Below are positions 27,324 through 37,275 of a DNA stretch of 64,000 nucleotides, in pieces. Source of the DNA: a bacterium (GTDB taxonomy: Bacteria > Zhuqueibacterota > Zhuqueibacteria > Oceanimicrobiales > Oceanimicrobiaceae); contig JBBIIG010000013.1 in assembly GCA_037446635.1 (NCBI GenBank), positions 17,855-81,854 on the forward strand, read 5' to 3'. A program made the position numbers and the translations under genes. The notes beneath the pieces are model-generated. The model was not told where the DNA came from and did not search any database. It saw only the letters and a program-made list of their open reading frames with translations. Numbering within the stretch: position 1 is the first letter of the stretch; each line of letters opens with the position of its first letter.

Positions 27324-28697
27324 GTGAATTCGAAAACTCGTTCCGAGCGGTTGGTGGTGATTGGCGGCTGCGCGGCTGGCATGAGCGCCGCCAGCAAAGC
27401 CAAACGCATGAACAAAAATCTGCAAGTCATTGCATTGGAGAAAACGCCGCACGTGTCGTACAGCGCCTGCGGCATCCCGTACTTTGTCGCGGATTTGGTG
27501 CGCGAGCCGCGGGAGTTGATTGCCATCACGCTGGAGGAATTTCGCGAGCAGCGCGGCATCGAGGCGTTGACCCGGCACGAGGTTGTCGAGATTCAGCCGG
27601 TGAAGAAGGCCGTTACCGCTATTAATTTAGATTCTGGCAAAGAAACAAGGTTTGATTACGACAAGCTGGTAATTGCCGTTGGCGGCGTTCCCCAAAAACC
27701 AAATTTGCCAGGCTTGGATGCGAAGAATGTTTTTACTCTGCAGACGCTGCAGGATGGAATTTACCTTCGCAAATATATTGACGAACACCGCCCGAAACGT
27801 GCGGCGATCATCGGCGGCGGGTACATCGCTATGGAAATGGCGGAGGCCTTTCGCCAGCGTTCCCTCGAGGTGACGGTGATTCAAAAACGCGAGCAGATTT
27901 TATCGAGCTTTGAAGCGGATATCGTTGCGAAGGTTGCCGATGAATTAACCAAAAATGAAGTCAACATATTAACCGGCCGGGAAGCGAGCGCTTTGGAGGT
28001 AGAAGACGGTGGAATTGCCAAAAGTGTGGTTTTAACAGACAGCCAAAAGCTACCGGTGGATTTGGTACTCGTTTCCATTGGCCTTGCCCCCAACACAAAG
28101 TTGGCGGAAATGGCCGGTGTGCGAGCGGGCAACACTGGCGCCATCGCGGTGGATTGGAAAATGCAAACTAACGTACCCAACATTTACGCCGCCGGCGATT
28201 GCGTGGAGGTGAAGCATTTGGTCTCCGGCAAACCCGATTACATTCCCCTCGGCCCGACGGCCAACAAACAGGGCCGCGTGGCTGGCGAAAATATTGGCGG
28301 CGGCACCGCGACTTTCAAAGGCGTAGTGGGCACGACGGTTTTCAAAACCTTCAATTTAGAAGTGGCGCAAACGGGTTTAAACGTTCAGCAGGCGAAGCAA
28401 AGCGGCTTTGAGCCGGATTCAATCACAATTACCGAGAATTCCAAAGCCGGTTATTATCCCGGCGTCAAGCCCATCACCGTGACGGTGATTTGGGACAAAC
28501 GCAGCCGGCGCTTGTTGGGCGCGCAGATGGTGGGGGAGGAGGGCGTCAGCAAGCGCATCGATATTTTTGCGGCGGCGTTCACCAACAAAATGACGCTGGA
28601 GGAGATGGCCTATCTCGATCTCAGTTACGCGCCGCCGTTTGCGCCGGTGTGGGATCCGGTGCTGGTGGCGGTGGCTGCGGCGCGGGGGAAGCGGTGA
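27324..28697 (+). CDS. CoA-disulfide reductase / NADH oxidase family flavoprotein
   Basis: GGCAAGMSAA, SYSACGIPY, GGGYIAME and LDLSYAPPF motifs. Confidence 0.92.
   Translation: MNSKTRSERLVVIGGCAAGMSAASKAKRMNKNLQVIALEKTPHVSYSACGIPYFVADLVREPRELIAITLEEFREQRGIEALTRHEVVEIQPVKKAVTAINLDSGKETRFDYDKLVIAVGGVPQKPNLPGLDAKNVFTLQTLQDGIYLRKYIDEHRPKRAAIIGGGYIAMEMAEAFRQRSLEVTVIQKREQILSSFEADIVAKVADELTKNEVNILTGREASALEVEDGGIAKSVVLTDSQKLPVDLVLVSIGLAPNTKLAEMAGVRAGNTGAIAVDWKMQTNVPNIYAAGDCVEVKHLVSGKPDYIPLGPTANKQGRVAGENIGGGTATFKGVVGTTVFKTFNLEVAQTGLNVQQAKQSGFEPDSITITENSKAGYYPGVKPITVTVIWDKRSRRLLGAQMVGEEGVSKRIDIFAAAFTNKMTLEEMAYLDLSYAPPFAPVWDPVLVAVAAARGKR
28575..28697 (+). repeat. Gene-end direct repeat, copy 1 (current 3' end of the reductase)
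   Basis: About 120 bp, repeated at 29430 and 30181. Confidence 0.95.
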
Positions 28698-28703
28698 AGT
28701 GTG

Positions 28704-28731
28704 TTGATTATCGGTTTAACTTTACTAAATT
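28704..28731 (+). promoter_or_regulatory. Promoter of TA cassette 1
   Basis: TTGATT-N16-TAAATT, 6 nt after repeat copy 1. Confidence 0.5.
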
Positions 28732-28766
28732 TAGAGATGAAGTTTTAAAACATGAGGTCTTGACAA

Positions 28767-29078
28767 ATGATTACCAAAACATTAGATGGCCACATCGAAA
28801 TGACTGAAGGAATTGCCGGCGGCAAACCGAGGATAGCCGGACATCGCATCACGGTACAAAATATTGTCATCTGGCATGAAATGTTGGGCCGCAGCGCCGA
28901 TGAAATCGCAGCCGAATATGATCTCACTTTAGCAGACGTTTATGCAGCACTCGCTTATTACTATGACCATAGATCTGAAATTGATCAATCCATCGAACAG
29001 AGCGACTCTTTTGTCGAAGCCCTGCGTCAAAAAACACCTTCAAAACTTGCAGAAAAATTGAATGAGCAAAAAGCTTAA
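28767..29078 (+). CDS. DUF433 family antitoxin
   Basis: GIAGGKPRIAGHRITV...EIAAEYDLTLADVYAALAYY. Confidence 0.92.
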   Translation: MITKTLDGHIEMTEGIAGGKPRIAGHRITVQNIVIWHEMLGRSADEIAAEYDLTLADVYAALAYYYDHRSEIDQSIEQSDSFVEALRQKTPSKLAEKLNEQKA

Positions 29079-29395
29079 GTTCTACACCGATGAGCATGTT
29101 CCGAATTCCGTTGTGAAGGGGTTGCGACTACGAGGTATTAACGTTCTAACAACAAAGGAGGCTGGAATGCTCAGCGCAAGTGATGAGGAGCATATCGCTT
29201 TTGCAAAAAAGGAGCAAAGGGTCCTATTCACTCAGGACGAGGATTTTCTTCGACTGCATTCTAAAGGCGTCGAGCATTGCGGTCTCGTTTTTGCTCATCA
29301 GCGTACACCCGTAGGTGATGTAAATTCGTGGGTTGATGCTCATCTACCAAGTACTCGATTACAAAGACATGCAAAATCATGTTGAATTTATTTGA
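29062..29395 (+). pseudogene. DUF5615 PIN-like toxin with an apparent +1 frameshift at about 29322-29324
   Basis: FYTDEHV, SDEEHI and LFTQDEDF motifs. Removing one A restores the C-terminus GDVIRGLMLIYQVLDYKDMQNHVEFI*. Could be a sequencing error. Confidence 0.75.
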
Positions 29396-29429
29396 CCACT
29401 TTGATAAACAGATCGAAATTTTCACAACG

Positions 29430-29550
29430 GCGCTCACCAGCAAAATGACGCTGAATGAAATGGCATATCTCGATGTGAGTTACGCCCCGCCGTTTGCGCC
29501 GGTGTGGGATCCGGTGCTGGTGGCGGTGGCTGCGGCGCGGGAAGCGGTGA
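29430..29550 (+). repeat. Gene-end direct repeat, copy 2
   Basis: Encodes ALTSKMTLNEMAYLDVSYAPPFAPVWDPVLVAVAAAR. Weaker homology extends back to about 29406. Frameshifted at the terminal G-run. Confidence 0.95.
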
Positions 29551-29556
29551 AAGGGT

Positions 29557-29585
29557 TTGATTTCTACTGCGCTAATTATTAAATT
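29557..29585 (+). promoter_or_regulatory. Promoter of TA cassette 2
   Basis: TTGATT-N17-TAAATT, 6 nt after repeat copy 2. Confidence 0.55.
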
Positions 29586-29599
29586 GCTGACGAGTTACA

Positions 29600-29884
29600 A
29601 TGAACTTGAACTTTGAATGGGATGAAAACAAAGCCAACGCAAATCTTAAAAAACACAAGATCAGTTTTGAGGAGGCAAAGACGATTTTTAATGATCCTTT
29701 TTTAATGACATTTCCTGATCCATATCATTCAAGTATTGAAAAACGTTATATCAATTTAGGTTGCTCTTCAAAAGGACGAATTCTGATTGTAATTCACACA
29801 GAACGAGGGGCAAATATTCGTCTTATCAGTTGCCGCAAAGCAACCCCATCGGAACGGAGAGTTTATGAAGAAAAAAAATTCTAA
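29600..29884 (+). CDS. brnT: BrnT family toxin (DUF497)
   Basis: FEWDENKANANLKKHKISFEEA...IRLISCRKAT. Confidence 0.93.
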   Translation: MNLNFEWDENKANANLKKHKISFEEAKTIFNDPFLMTFPDPYHSSIEKRYINLGCSSKGRILIVIHTERGANIRLISCRKATPSERRVYEEKKF

Positions 29885-30170
29885 GTCAATGGACGTCGAT
29901 AATGATATGCGTCCTGAATATGATTTCAAAAACATGGCTGGCGGCGTCCAGGGCAAATACTACAAGGCCTATCGTGCGGGACATATGGTTAAGGTTCATA
30001 AAGTGGATGGAACAACCGTTGTCCAGTACTTCAAGCTTGAAGATGGCGCCGTAATGTTAGAGCCGGACGTGCGAAAATATTTTCCTGACTCGGAAACGGT
30101 GAACAAGGCATTACGTTCTTTGATTGATCTCATACCAAGAAAGCGCCGGGCGGCCATTAAGGAAAATTAA
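29865..30170 (+). CDS. BrnA-like antitoxin
   Basis: MRPEYDF...GKY...LEPDVRKYFPDSETVNKALR; overlaps brnT. Confidence 0.85.
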   Translation: MKKKNSKSMDVDNDMRPEYDFKNMAGGVQGKYYKAYRAGHMVKVHKVDGTTVVQYFKLEDGAVMLEPDVRKYFPDSETVNKALRSLIDLIPRKRRAAIKEN

Positions 30171-30180
30171 GCCGGCCGCC

Positions 30181-30300
30181 GCGCTCACCAGCAAAATGAC
30201 GCTGAATGAAATGGCATATCTCGATGTGAGTTACGCCCCGCCGTTTGCGCCGGTGTGGGATCCGGTGCTGGTGGCGGTGGCTGCGGCGGGGAAGCGGTAG
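30181..30300 (+). repeat. Gene-end direct repeat, copy 3 (in-frame, with its own stop)
   Basis: Identical to copy 2 for 108 nt; ends ...AAAGKR*(TAG). Confidence 0.95.
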
Positions 30301-30345
30301 CTCAAGCATTATTTTTGGAGAAATTCAAAAAAGAAGAAATAGTTT

Positions 30346-31287
30346 ATGAAAAAAATCCTCATCACCGGCATCAACGGGCAAATCGGCAGTGAACTGAGCG
30401 AGAAGTTAGAAGCTATCGTCGGAGTTGAAAACATCGTCGGGCTCGATGTGCGGCCGTCAACCCCGCCGTATCGCATCGCCCACGAGATTGTGGACGTCAC
30501 CCAAAAAGATGCGCTGCGCCACATCATCGAGCGCTATCACATCGATACCATTTTTCACCTCGCGTCGATTCTCTCGGCGCGCGGCGAACAGAATCCGGAT
30601 CAGGCGTGGGAAATCAACACCACCGGCTTGAAGAATGTTTTGGATTTGTGCCGCGGCAAAAACATCAAAGTTTTCTGGCCCAGCTCCATTGCCGTGTTTG
30701 GCCCCACGACGCCAAAAGAGAACACGCCGCAGGACACGGTGGTGGAACCCAGCACAATGTACGGCATCACCAAGCGTACTGGTGAGATGCTCTGCCAGTA
30801 CTATTTCATGAAGTTTCATGTGGACGTGCGCAGCGTGCGCTATCCCGGTATCATCAGTTACAAAACCGAGCCCGGCGGCGGCACAACCGATTACGCCGTG
30901 GAGATTTTTTATGAAGCCCTGCGCGATCGTGTTTACACCTCCTTTGTCGGCCCTGAAACCTGCTTGCCGATGATGTACATGGACGACGCCGTGCAAGCGG
31001 CGATTCAAATCATGCAATGCGATTCCCAAAAAATCAAAATCCGTTCGAGCTACAATTTGACGGGAGTGAGTTTTACCGTCGAACAATTGGTGCGCGAGAT
31101 TCAAAAATACATTCCTGAATTCCGCTGCAATTACGCGCCGGACTTCCGTCAGCAAATCGCCGATTCCTGGCCGAAGACCATCGATGATTCACGCGCCCGC
31201 CGCGATTGGGGCTGGCAGCACCAGTATGATTTGCCGGCGATTACGAAAGTGATGCTGGAAAAATTGCGTGAAAAGTTGAATTTGTAA
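30346..31287 (+). CDS. SDR/epimerase-type L-threonine 3-dehydrogenase
   Basis: GINGQIG, PSSIAVFG, YGITK and PGGGTTDYAV motifs; adjacent to kbl. Confidence 0.88.
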   Translation: MKKILITGINGQIGSELSEKLEAIVGVENIVGLDVRPSTPPYRIAHEIVDVTQKDALRHIIERYHIDTIFHLASILSARGEQNPDQAWEINTTGLKNVLDLCRGKNIKVFWPSSIAVFGPTTPKENTPQDTVVEPSTMYGITKRTGEMLCQYYFMKFHVDVRSVRYPGIISYKTEPGGGTTDYAVEIFYEALRDRVYTSFVGPETCLPMMYMDDAVQAAIQIMQCDSQKIKIRSSYNLTGVSFTVEQLVREIQKYIPEFRCNYAPDFRQQIADSWPKTIDDSRARRDWGWQHQYDLPAITKVMLEKLREKLNL

Positions 31288-31350
31288 CTCAACATTTATG
31301 TTTGAGTCGAACCCACGACATTCATGTCGTGTTACGAATTAGGAGGAACT

Positions 31351-32526
31351 ATGGCGAACTTGAGTTTTCTCGATGACGAATTAAAGCAGCTGAAAGATCA
31401 GGGACTCTTCAACACCATTCGCACCATCGGCTCGGCCATGGGCGCGTGGATTGAAGTGGATGGCAAAAAAGTGTTGAACATGTGCGCCAACAATTACCTC
31501 GGGTTTGCGAATCATCCGGAGCTGAAAAAGGCGGCGCAAGATGCTATCGAAAAATACGGTGTGGGACCGGCAGCGGTGAGATCGATTGCCGGGACGATGA
31601 CCTTGCACCTCGAGTTAGAGGACAAGCTTGCCAAATTCAAAAACGTCGAGGCAGCGATTTCCTTTCAATCCGGGTTCAATTCCAACGTAGCGACGATTCC
31701 GACTTTGATGGGCCCGGAGGACGTGATTTTCTCTGACGAGCTGAACCACGCCAGCATCATTGACGCCTGTCGTCTCACGAAAGCGAAAACGGTGCGCTAT
31801 GCCCACTGCGATGCGGCCTCTCTGGAGGAAAAAATGAAAGAAGAAAACTCCGCCCGCCGCAAATTGGTGGTTACGGACGGCGTTTTCAGCATGGACGGCG
31901 ACATCGCGCCGCTGCCGGAAATTGTGGAAGTCGCCGCCAAATACGACGCGATGGTGATGACCGACGACGCCCACGGCGAGGGCGTGCTCGGCCGCGCGGG
32001 CCGCGGCATCGCGGATCATTTTGGGCTGCACGGCAAAGTAGATATCGAAGTCGGCACGCTGTCGAAAGCGTTTGGCGTGGTGGGCGGATACGTGGCCGGC
32101 AAAAAGAAGATCGTCGATTACTTGCGGCAGCGGGCGCGGCCGTTTTTATTTTCCAGCGCGGTGACGCCGGCAGACGTGGCGGCATGCATCAAAGCCGTGG
32201 ACATTTTAACGGCTTCCGGCGATCTGGTGGAAAAGCTTTGGCAGAACACGCGCTACTTTCAAACCAAATTAAAAAATTTAGGCTACAACTTGGGTGTCAC
32301 CACGACGCCCATCACGCCAGTGATGATCGGCGACCCGAAGAAGGCGCGCGAGTTCAGCGCGGCGTTGTTCGAGAACGGAATTTTCGGCATGGCGATTAGT
32401 TACCCAACAGTACCGAAGGGCAAAGACCGTATTCGCGTGATGAACTCCGCGACGCATTCAAAGGAGGATCTCGATTTTGCGGCGGGGGTATTTGAGAAGG
32501 TTGGTAAAAAGTTGAATATTATTTAA
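31351..32526 (+). CDS. kbl: Glycine C-acetyltransferase (2-amino-3-ketobutyrate CoA ligase)
   Basis: [26 protein letters not shown] and GTLSKA motifs. AGGAGG RBS. Confidence 0.9.
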   Translation: MANLSFLDDELKQLKDQGLFNTIRTIGSAMGAWIEVDGKKVLNMCANNYLGFANHPELKKAAQDAIEKYGVGPAAVRSIAGTMTLHLELEDKLAKFKNVEAAISFQSGFNSNVATIPTLMGPEDVIFSDELNHASIIDACRLTKAKTVRYAHCDAASLEEKMKEENSARRKLVVTDGVFSMDGDIAPLPEIVEVAAKYDAMVMTDDAHGEGVLGRAGRGIADHFGLHGKVDIEVGTLSKAFGVVGGYVAGKKKIVDYLRQRARPFLFSSAVTPADVAACIKAVDILTASGDLVEKLWQNTRYFQTKLKNLGYNLGVTTTPITPVMIGDPKKAREFSAALFENGIFGMAISYPTVPKGKDRIRVMNSATHSKEDLDFAAGVFEKVGKKLNII

Positions 32527-32534
32527 AAATCAGC

Positions 32535-32655
32535 GCCACAGAGGCACAGAGATATTTGACCGCAAAGAACGCAAAGCCGGCGCAAAGGTTCGCTAAAAAA
32601 AACAAATCTTTTTCCTTGCGTTGCTTTGCGTTTTCTTAGCAAACTTTGCGGTTAT
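32535..32655. repeat. Intergenic imperfect inverted repeat built from CGCAAAG / CTTTGCG units
   Basis: Three CGCAAAG units followed by CTTGCG/CTTTGCG complements. Confidence 0.55.
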
Positions 32656-32710
32656 TTGGGTTGCGGGCTAATTCGGGCGGTGTACTCCGTGCCTCACTGA
32701 CTTTATTAAA

Positions 32711-33127
32711 ATGAAAGCCATCGTCAAACAAATTCAGGGCAACACGTTTGTTGCCAAAGCGGACTCGGGTCATTGGCTCACCATCGACACTTCGAAAAAC
32801 GATGCGGGCTCGGCGGGCGCCAGCAGTCCGGTGGAGATGGTGTTGATGGCTTTGGGCGCGTGTTCCGCGATGGACGTGGTGTTGATGCTTAAAAAGATGC
32901 GCGCCAACGTCACCGCATTTCATATCAACCTCGATGCCGAACGCGCGGAGACCTTTCCGCGGGTGTTCACGAAAGTGAAAATGGAATACGTTCTCTCCGG
33001 CGAAGACATCAAACCCAAAGACGTCGAACGGGCGATTCAGCTTTCTATTGAGAAATACTGCTCGGTAGCGGGAATGGTGGGGAAGACGGCGGAGATTAAG
33101 ACGTCGTACAAAATCAAAAGCAGTTAA
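32711..33127 (+). CDS. OsmC/YhfA family protein
   Basis: SPVEMVLMALGACSAMDV...EKYCSV. Confidence 0.9.
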   Translation: MKAIVKQIQGNTFVAKADSGHWLTIDTSKNDAGSAGASSPVEMVLMALGACSAMDVVLMLKKMRANVTAFHINLDAERAETFPRVFTKVKMEYVLSGEDIKPKDVERAIQLSIEKYCSVAGMVGKTAEIKTSYKIKSS

Positions 33128-33209
33128 CCTCGCCTACCTTTCTCTCTGTCCGTTGAGATAGGAGATAAGATTTTCGGCAAAGCTGATCCGCTTTCGCGGA
33201 CAGGTTCCA

Positions 33210-34127
33210 TCAGATTATCCTTTTCCCCAACGCGCTTTCCACCAATTCCGCCGCTACTTCTCCGGTGGTGTTGCGGAAGTCGAGAATCGGATTCACCTCC
33301 ACCACTTCCATTGAACACAACCGCCGCGTACCGGCGATGATCTCCATTGCGGTATGTGCCTCACGATAGGTGAGGCCGCCGCGCACCGGCGTGCCGACGC
33401 CCGGTGCCACCTGCGGATCGAGCGCATCCAGGTCGAGACTAAGGTGGAGAGCATCAGTGTGCTGGCTGGCGATTTCCACGGCCTCGACCATCACCTCAAA
33501 AATTCCTCGCCGGTCGATGTCTTCCATCGTGTAAACGGTGATGCCGCTTTCGCGAATCAATTGCTGCTCTTTCGGATCGAGGTTGCGCGCGCCCACCAAT
33601 ACCGCATCCTGCGGCCGGACTTTTTGAAAATCGCCGCCGACGCTCACCAACTCCGGTGCGCCTTTTCCTAACACCGCGGCAAAGGGCATCCCGTGAATGT
33701 TGCCGCTCAGGGTGGTCTCGTGCGTGTTCATGTCGCCGTGAGCATCGATCCAGAGGACGCCCAATTTTTTGTTGTGCTGGCGCAGATAAGCCGCCACCCC
33801 GCCGATGGCGCCCATCGCAATAGAATGATCGCCCCCCAACACCAGCGGAAAATGCTCGCGTTCCAGGGCGCCGCCGACGTGTTGCGCGAGCTGCGAAAGA
33901 GTCTTGGTGATTTCCGGCAGGTATTTGAGTTTGGGATCGAGTATGGTCTGTACTTCCGGCGCCTCCACTTCGAGATCGCCGGCATCGATCACTTCATGGC
34001 CGATGCGCTGCAAGCGCTCGGTGATGCCGGCAATGCGAATGGCCGAGGGTCCCATATCCACGCCGCGGCGGCTGGCGCCTAAATCGAGGGGGACGCCAAT
34101 AAGTTCGATTTTCATAGTTTTCTTCAC
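33210..34127 (-). CDS. rocF: Arginase
   Basis: GGDHS, DAHGD, SGNIHGMP, DLDALDP and EVNP motifs. Confidence 0.95.
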   Translation of the reverse strand: MKKTMKIELIGVPLDLGASRRGVDMGPSAIRIAGITERLQRIGHEVIDAGDLEVEAPEVQTILDPKLKYLPEITKTLSQLAQHVGGALEREHFPLVLGGDHSIAMGAIGGVAAYLRQHNKKLGVLWIDAHGDMNTHETTLSGNIHGMPFAAVLGKGAPELVSVGGDFQKVRPQDAVLVGARNLDPKEQQLIRESGITVYTMEDIDRRGIFEVMVEAVEIASQHTDALHLSLDLDALDPQVAPGVGTPVRGGLTYREAHTAMEIIAGTRRLCSMEVVEVNPILDFRNTTGEVAAELVESALGKRII

Positions 34128-34131
34128 TTAT

Positions 34132-34160
34132 CCTTGCGAAGGTTCCGAACCTTCGCAAGG
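34132..34160. repeat. REP-like palindrome, copy A
   Basis: CCTTGCGAAGGTTC-C-GAACCTTCGCAAGG; second copy at 48592. Confidence 0.75.
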
Positions 34161-34169
34161 TTGTGGTAT

Positions 34170-35372
34170 TCAGCTTGTGGGTTTTTCGGGCGGCGGCAAA
34201 CTGGCGTGAAAATCGCGCGCGAAACGTTCGCGGTACTCGTTCAGCAACTCCTGCACGCGATCCCACTTTTTCGCTCGCACAATTAAACCCACGTGATGAT
34301 TCTTATCCTGCAGTCGCCAAGTGATTTCCGGATCGCAATACGCGGAGGTATCGGGTTGCGGCTGGCGGGCGAGGGTGATGATCAGCCCGGCGTAGTCGCT
34401 TCGCAGCTTTGGAAGCGTGTAGGCTTTTTTCCCGCGCCCGATTTCCAACTTCGCCCACTCGACCCAGAGGTTAACACCCGTCGCGGCCTCCACCAGATCT
34501 GCGATATGCGCCCCGCCCACCCGCGCCGCGGTTTCGAGAAAATAGAATCGGCCGTTGTTGCTGCTTTTGATGAATTCCGTGTGGGTAACGCCGCGCACCA
34601 ACCCAAAGTTGGCGATTAGCTTTTTGTTCATTTCTCGCAATTTGGCGATCTCGGGATCCGCCCGTTTCATGGTGAAGCTGGTGAAGATGCCGCCTTCGTG
34701 CGCCACATTCATCGGCGGCGCGCCGTATTTATGAAACGCGGCGAACACCACCTTGCGCTCCGAGACAATAGAGTCCACGTGATAGACATCGCCGCTGAGG
34801 TATTTTTCCAGCAAATGAAAGGATTGGCGATCTCCTAATTCTTCTAGCGTTTTCCACAAATGATTTTGATTGATGATTTTTTTGATGCCGATGGCCGAGG
34901 CCTGCGACCGCGGCTTCAACACCCACGGCGGCGGCACGCGCTTCATGAATTCGTGCAGACGGTCGTAATTTAGCACGTGAATGAAATCCGGCACAGGTAT
35001 GCTGCTCTCTCGCGCCTGCACCCGCATCGCCAATTTGTCGCGAAAGTAGCGCGCGGTGGTGTCGCCCATGCCGGGCGTGCGCAGGTGTTCGCGCAGCCGG
35101 GCCGCGGTTTCCACATCGAAATCATCCAGCGCCACGATGACGTCAAACTTGCGAGTGCGGGCGAGGTAGCTGACACCGTTGATCACATGATCGAGGTTGT
35201 ATAAATCCGACAAGGCGTGAATTTCGTCAATGTGATCGCGCGGCCAGTTTTCGCTCAACAATTTCTCTGCCGTCAGCAACGTAACGCGTGCGCCATTTCG
35301 TTTGCATTCGATGAGAAACGCGGCGCCTTTAAAATAACTGGCGAGGCACAAAACCGACGGGGGTGCAGCCAC
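34170..35372 (-). CDS. ATP-grasp domain protein
   Basis: [17 protein letters not shown] and [10 protein letters not shown] motifs. Confidence 0.85.
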   Translation of the reverse strand: MAAPPSVLCLASYFKGAAFLIECKRNGARVTLLTAEKLLSENWPRDHIDEIHALSDLYNLDHVINGVSYLARTRKFDVIVALDDFDVETAARLREHLRTPGMGDTTARYFRDKLAMRVQARESSIPVPDFIHVLNYDRLHEFMKRVPPPWVLKPRSQASAIGIKKIINQNHLWKTLEELGDRQSFHLLEKYLSGDVYHVDSIVSERKVVFAAFHKYGAPPMNVAHEGGIFTSFTMKRADPEIAKLREMNKKLIANFGLVRGVTHTEFIKSSNNGRFYFLETAARVGGAHIADLVEAATGVNLWVEWAKLEIGRGKKAYTLPKLRSDYAGLIITLARQPQPDTSAYCDPEITWRLQDKNHHVGLIVRAKKWDRVQELLNEYRERFARDFHASLPPPEKPTS

Positions 35373-35875
35373 GAAGATTGTTTCTCCTTAATTTTTTTTC
35401 ACAAGAAATAAAAATATTAAACACCCAAAGACACCGAAACGACCGAACGTTATTTTGAGGTTTTGAAGACTTTTTTGATCAATGAATTTTAATAACTTCG
35501 ATGGTTAGGCGTTCTTCGGTGGTCTAATTTTTCATTGAATCATTAGATGAAACAATTTTTCGCATGTTGCGACGACTGGTTTCACGGCGAATTTAAGAGA
35601 ATGGACTCAAAAGCGCAAAGGTTTTTCCTAAGGAACACAGGAAAAAATCTTTTCTGCGAAGGGACGCTGCCGAAAACTTTCGGATTTTAAATCCGACTTT
35701 TTCTGATCATCCGAGTTCTATTTGAGCAACCGTTTCCAAAACCCCCTGACTTCCGAGTTTTCACTTTACTTTTGAAAAAAGATTTTATATTTTCACGCCG
35801 GAATTTAGCAGCCAACACCGCAGCCCTGCCGTTTCGTTTTCTAATAATTACGATCTCATTCACAAAAACCAAGAG

Positions 35876-36922
35876 GTGGCTATGTTGAAAATTGGCATCC
35901 TTCGCGGCATGGAAAACTCGTTTCCGGAGGCGCTGATTCAGCGGATAAACGAAAAAGCCAAGAAAATTAAGCAGGAGGTGGTGGGTGAATACGTGGCCGT
36001 CGGCGGCGTTCGCATGGACGCGCCCTGCCCCTACGCCGTCATCCTCGATCGCATTTCGCAAGACGTGGTTTTTTATCGAACCTATTTGAAACAGGCGGTG
36101 CTGCAGGGGGCGTACGTCGTCAACAACCCGTTTTGGTGGAGCGCCGACGACAAATTTTTTAACTACGCGCTGATGACGAAGTTGGGGGTCGCGATTCCGA
36201 AAACGGTGGTGCTGCCGCAGAATGCTCATCCAGAGGGCACCACCACGGAGTCCATGAGAAATTTAATCTATCCATTGAACTGGGACGAAATTTTCCGCTA
36301 TATCGAATTCCCCGCGTTCCTCAAGCCGCACAGCGGCGGCGGCTGGAAAAAGGTTTACAAAGTGCACGCCCCCGATGAATTTTTTCATTATTACAATCAA
36401 AGCGGAACCACCTGCATGGTGCTGCAGGAAAACATTGAGTTTCAGGAATATTATCGCTGCTATTGCGTGGGGCAGAAGGATGTCCATATTATGCCGTATG
36501 ATCCGAAGTTGCCCTACGGTCAGCAATATTTGACCGACGCCCAGCCGCTGAGCAATAAAATGAAAAAGCGCGTGCAGGAAGATGTTTTAAAAATTTGTCA
36601 GACCTTGGGCTATGATTTGAACACCGTGGAATTTGCGGTGCGCGACGGCGTGCCCTACGCCATCGATTTTCTCAACCCGGCGCCGGATGCGGACTATCAT
36701 TCCGTAACGCCCACAAATTTCGAATGGATTGTGGAGAAGACGGCGGGCTTCTTAATTCATTGCGCATTGAACAAGCCTAACCCCGCAAAAGAATTTCACT
36801 GGTCGAAATTTTTGAAACCGCAGCCACTTGTGTCGTCCAAACCGAAGGCGAAGGTAGCAGAAAAAGTTAAGGGAAAAAAGATCACTAAGCCCAAATCCCA
36901 AGCATCGAAAAAGAAAAAATAA
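35876..36922 (+). CDS. RimK / glutathione-synthetase-like ATP-grasp protein with Lys-rich tail
   Basis: DDKFF, IPKT, FLKPHSGGGW, LQENI and AIDFLNPAPD motifs. Confidence 0.85.
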   Translation: MAMLKIGILRGMENSFPEALIQRINEKAKKIKQEVVGEYVAVGGVRMDAPCPYAVILDRISQDVVFYRTYLKQAVLQGAYVVNNPFWWSADDKFFNYALMTKLGVAIPKTVVLPQNAHPEGTTTESMRNLIYPLNWDEIFRYIEFPAFLKPHSGGGWKKVYKVHAPDEFFHYYNQSGTTCMVLQENIEFQEYYRCYCVGQKDVHIMPYDPKLPYGQQYLTDAQPLSNKMKKRVQEDVLKICQTLGYDLNTVEFAVRDGVPYAIDFLNPAPDADYHSVTPTNFEWIVEKTAGFLIHCALNKPNPAKEFHWSKFLKPQPLVSSKPKAKVAEKVKGKKITKPKSQASKKKK

Positions 36923-37041
36923 AACAGAGGCGCGGATTCCGTGCTTTTCAGTGTGCCGCGGTATTTAATTTATCGATTTCCGAGTTGGTGCTTTCGGTGT
37001 GCTTCGGTGTTGATATCGACCTTCCGAATTTGGAACTGGAA

Positions 37042-37275
37042 TCAGGTTTGAATGGCGATGCGGTCCGGGTTGACGATTTTCAAAAGCGCCCACAAAGCGT
37101 CTTTGATTTCAGGCAAAGATGCGGGGCTGAGCGATACGACAAACTCGTCGTTTATCACGCGATTGACGATATCCTCCTGATAGTAATCGCTGCGCAGATT
37201 TTTGATTTCTGCAGTTAATTGGCTAAGCTCGTTTAGGTTGACTTGGTTAACGATGAGATCCACACGGTTTACCAT
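37042..37275 (-). CDS. Small hypothetical protein
   Basis: 77-aa ORF with GAGGGAG RBS. Confidence 0.55.
   Translation of the reverse strand: MVNRVDLIVNQVNLNELSQLTAEIKNLRSDYYQEDIVNRVINDEFVVSLSPASLPEIKDALWALLKIVNPDRIAIQT

Noticed and set aside
29379..29582. 67-aa ORF resembling the reductase C-terminus
   Set aside because: It is repeat copy 2 read in frame; no RBS; treated as a repeat rather than a gene.
28575..30300. CRISPR array or integron interpretation of the three direct repeats
   Set aside because: The repeats are ~120-bp coding gene ends with 630-730 bp gene-bearing spacers. No cas genes, intI or attC-like structure were seen.
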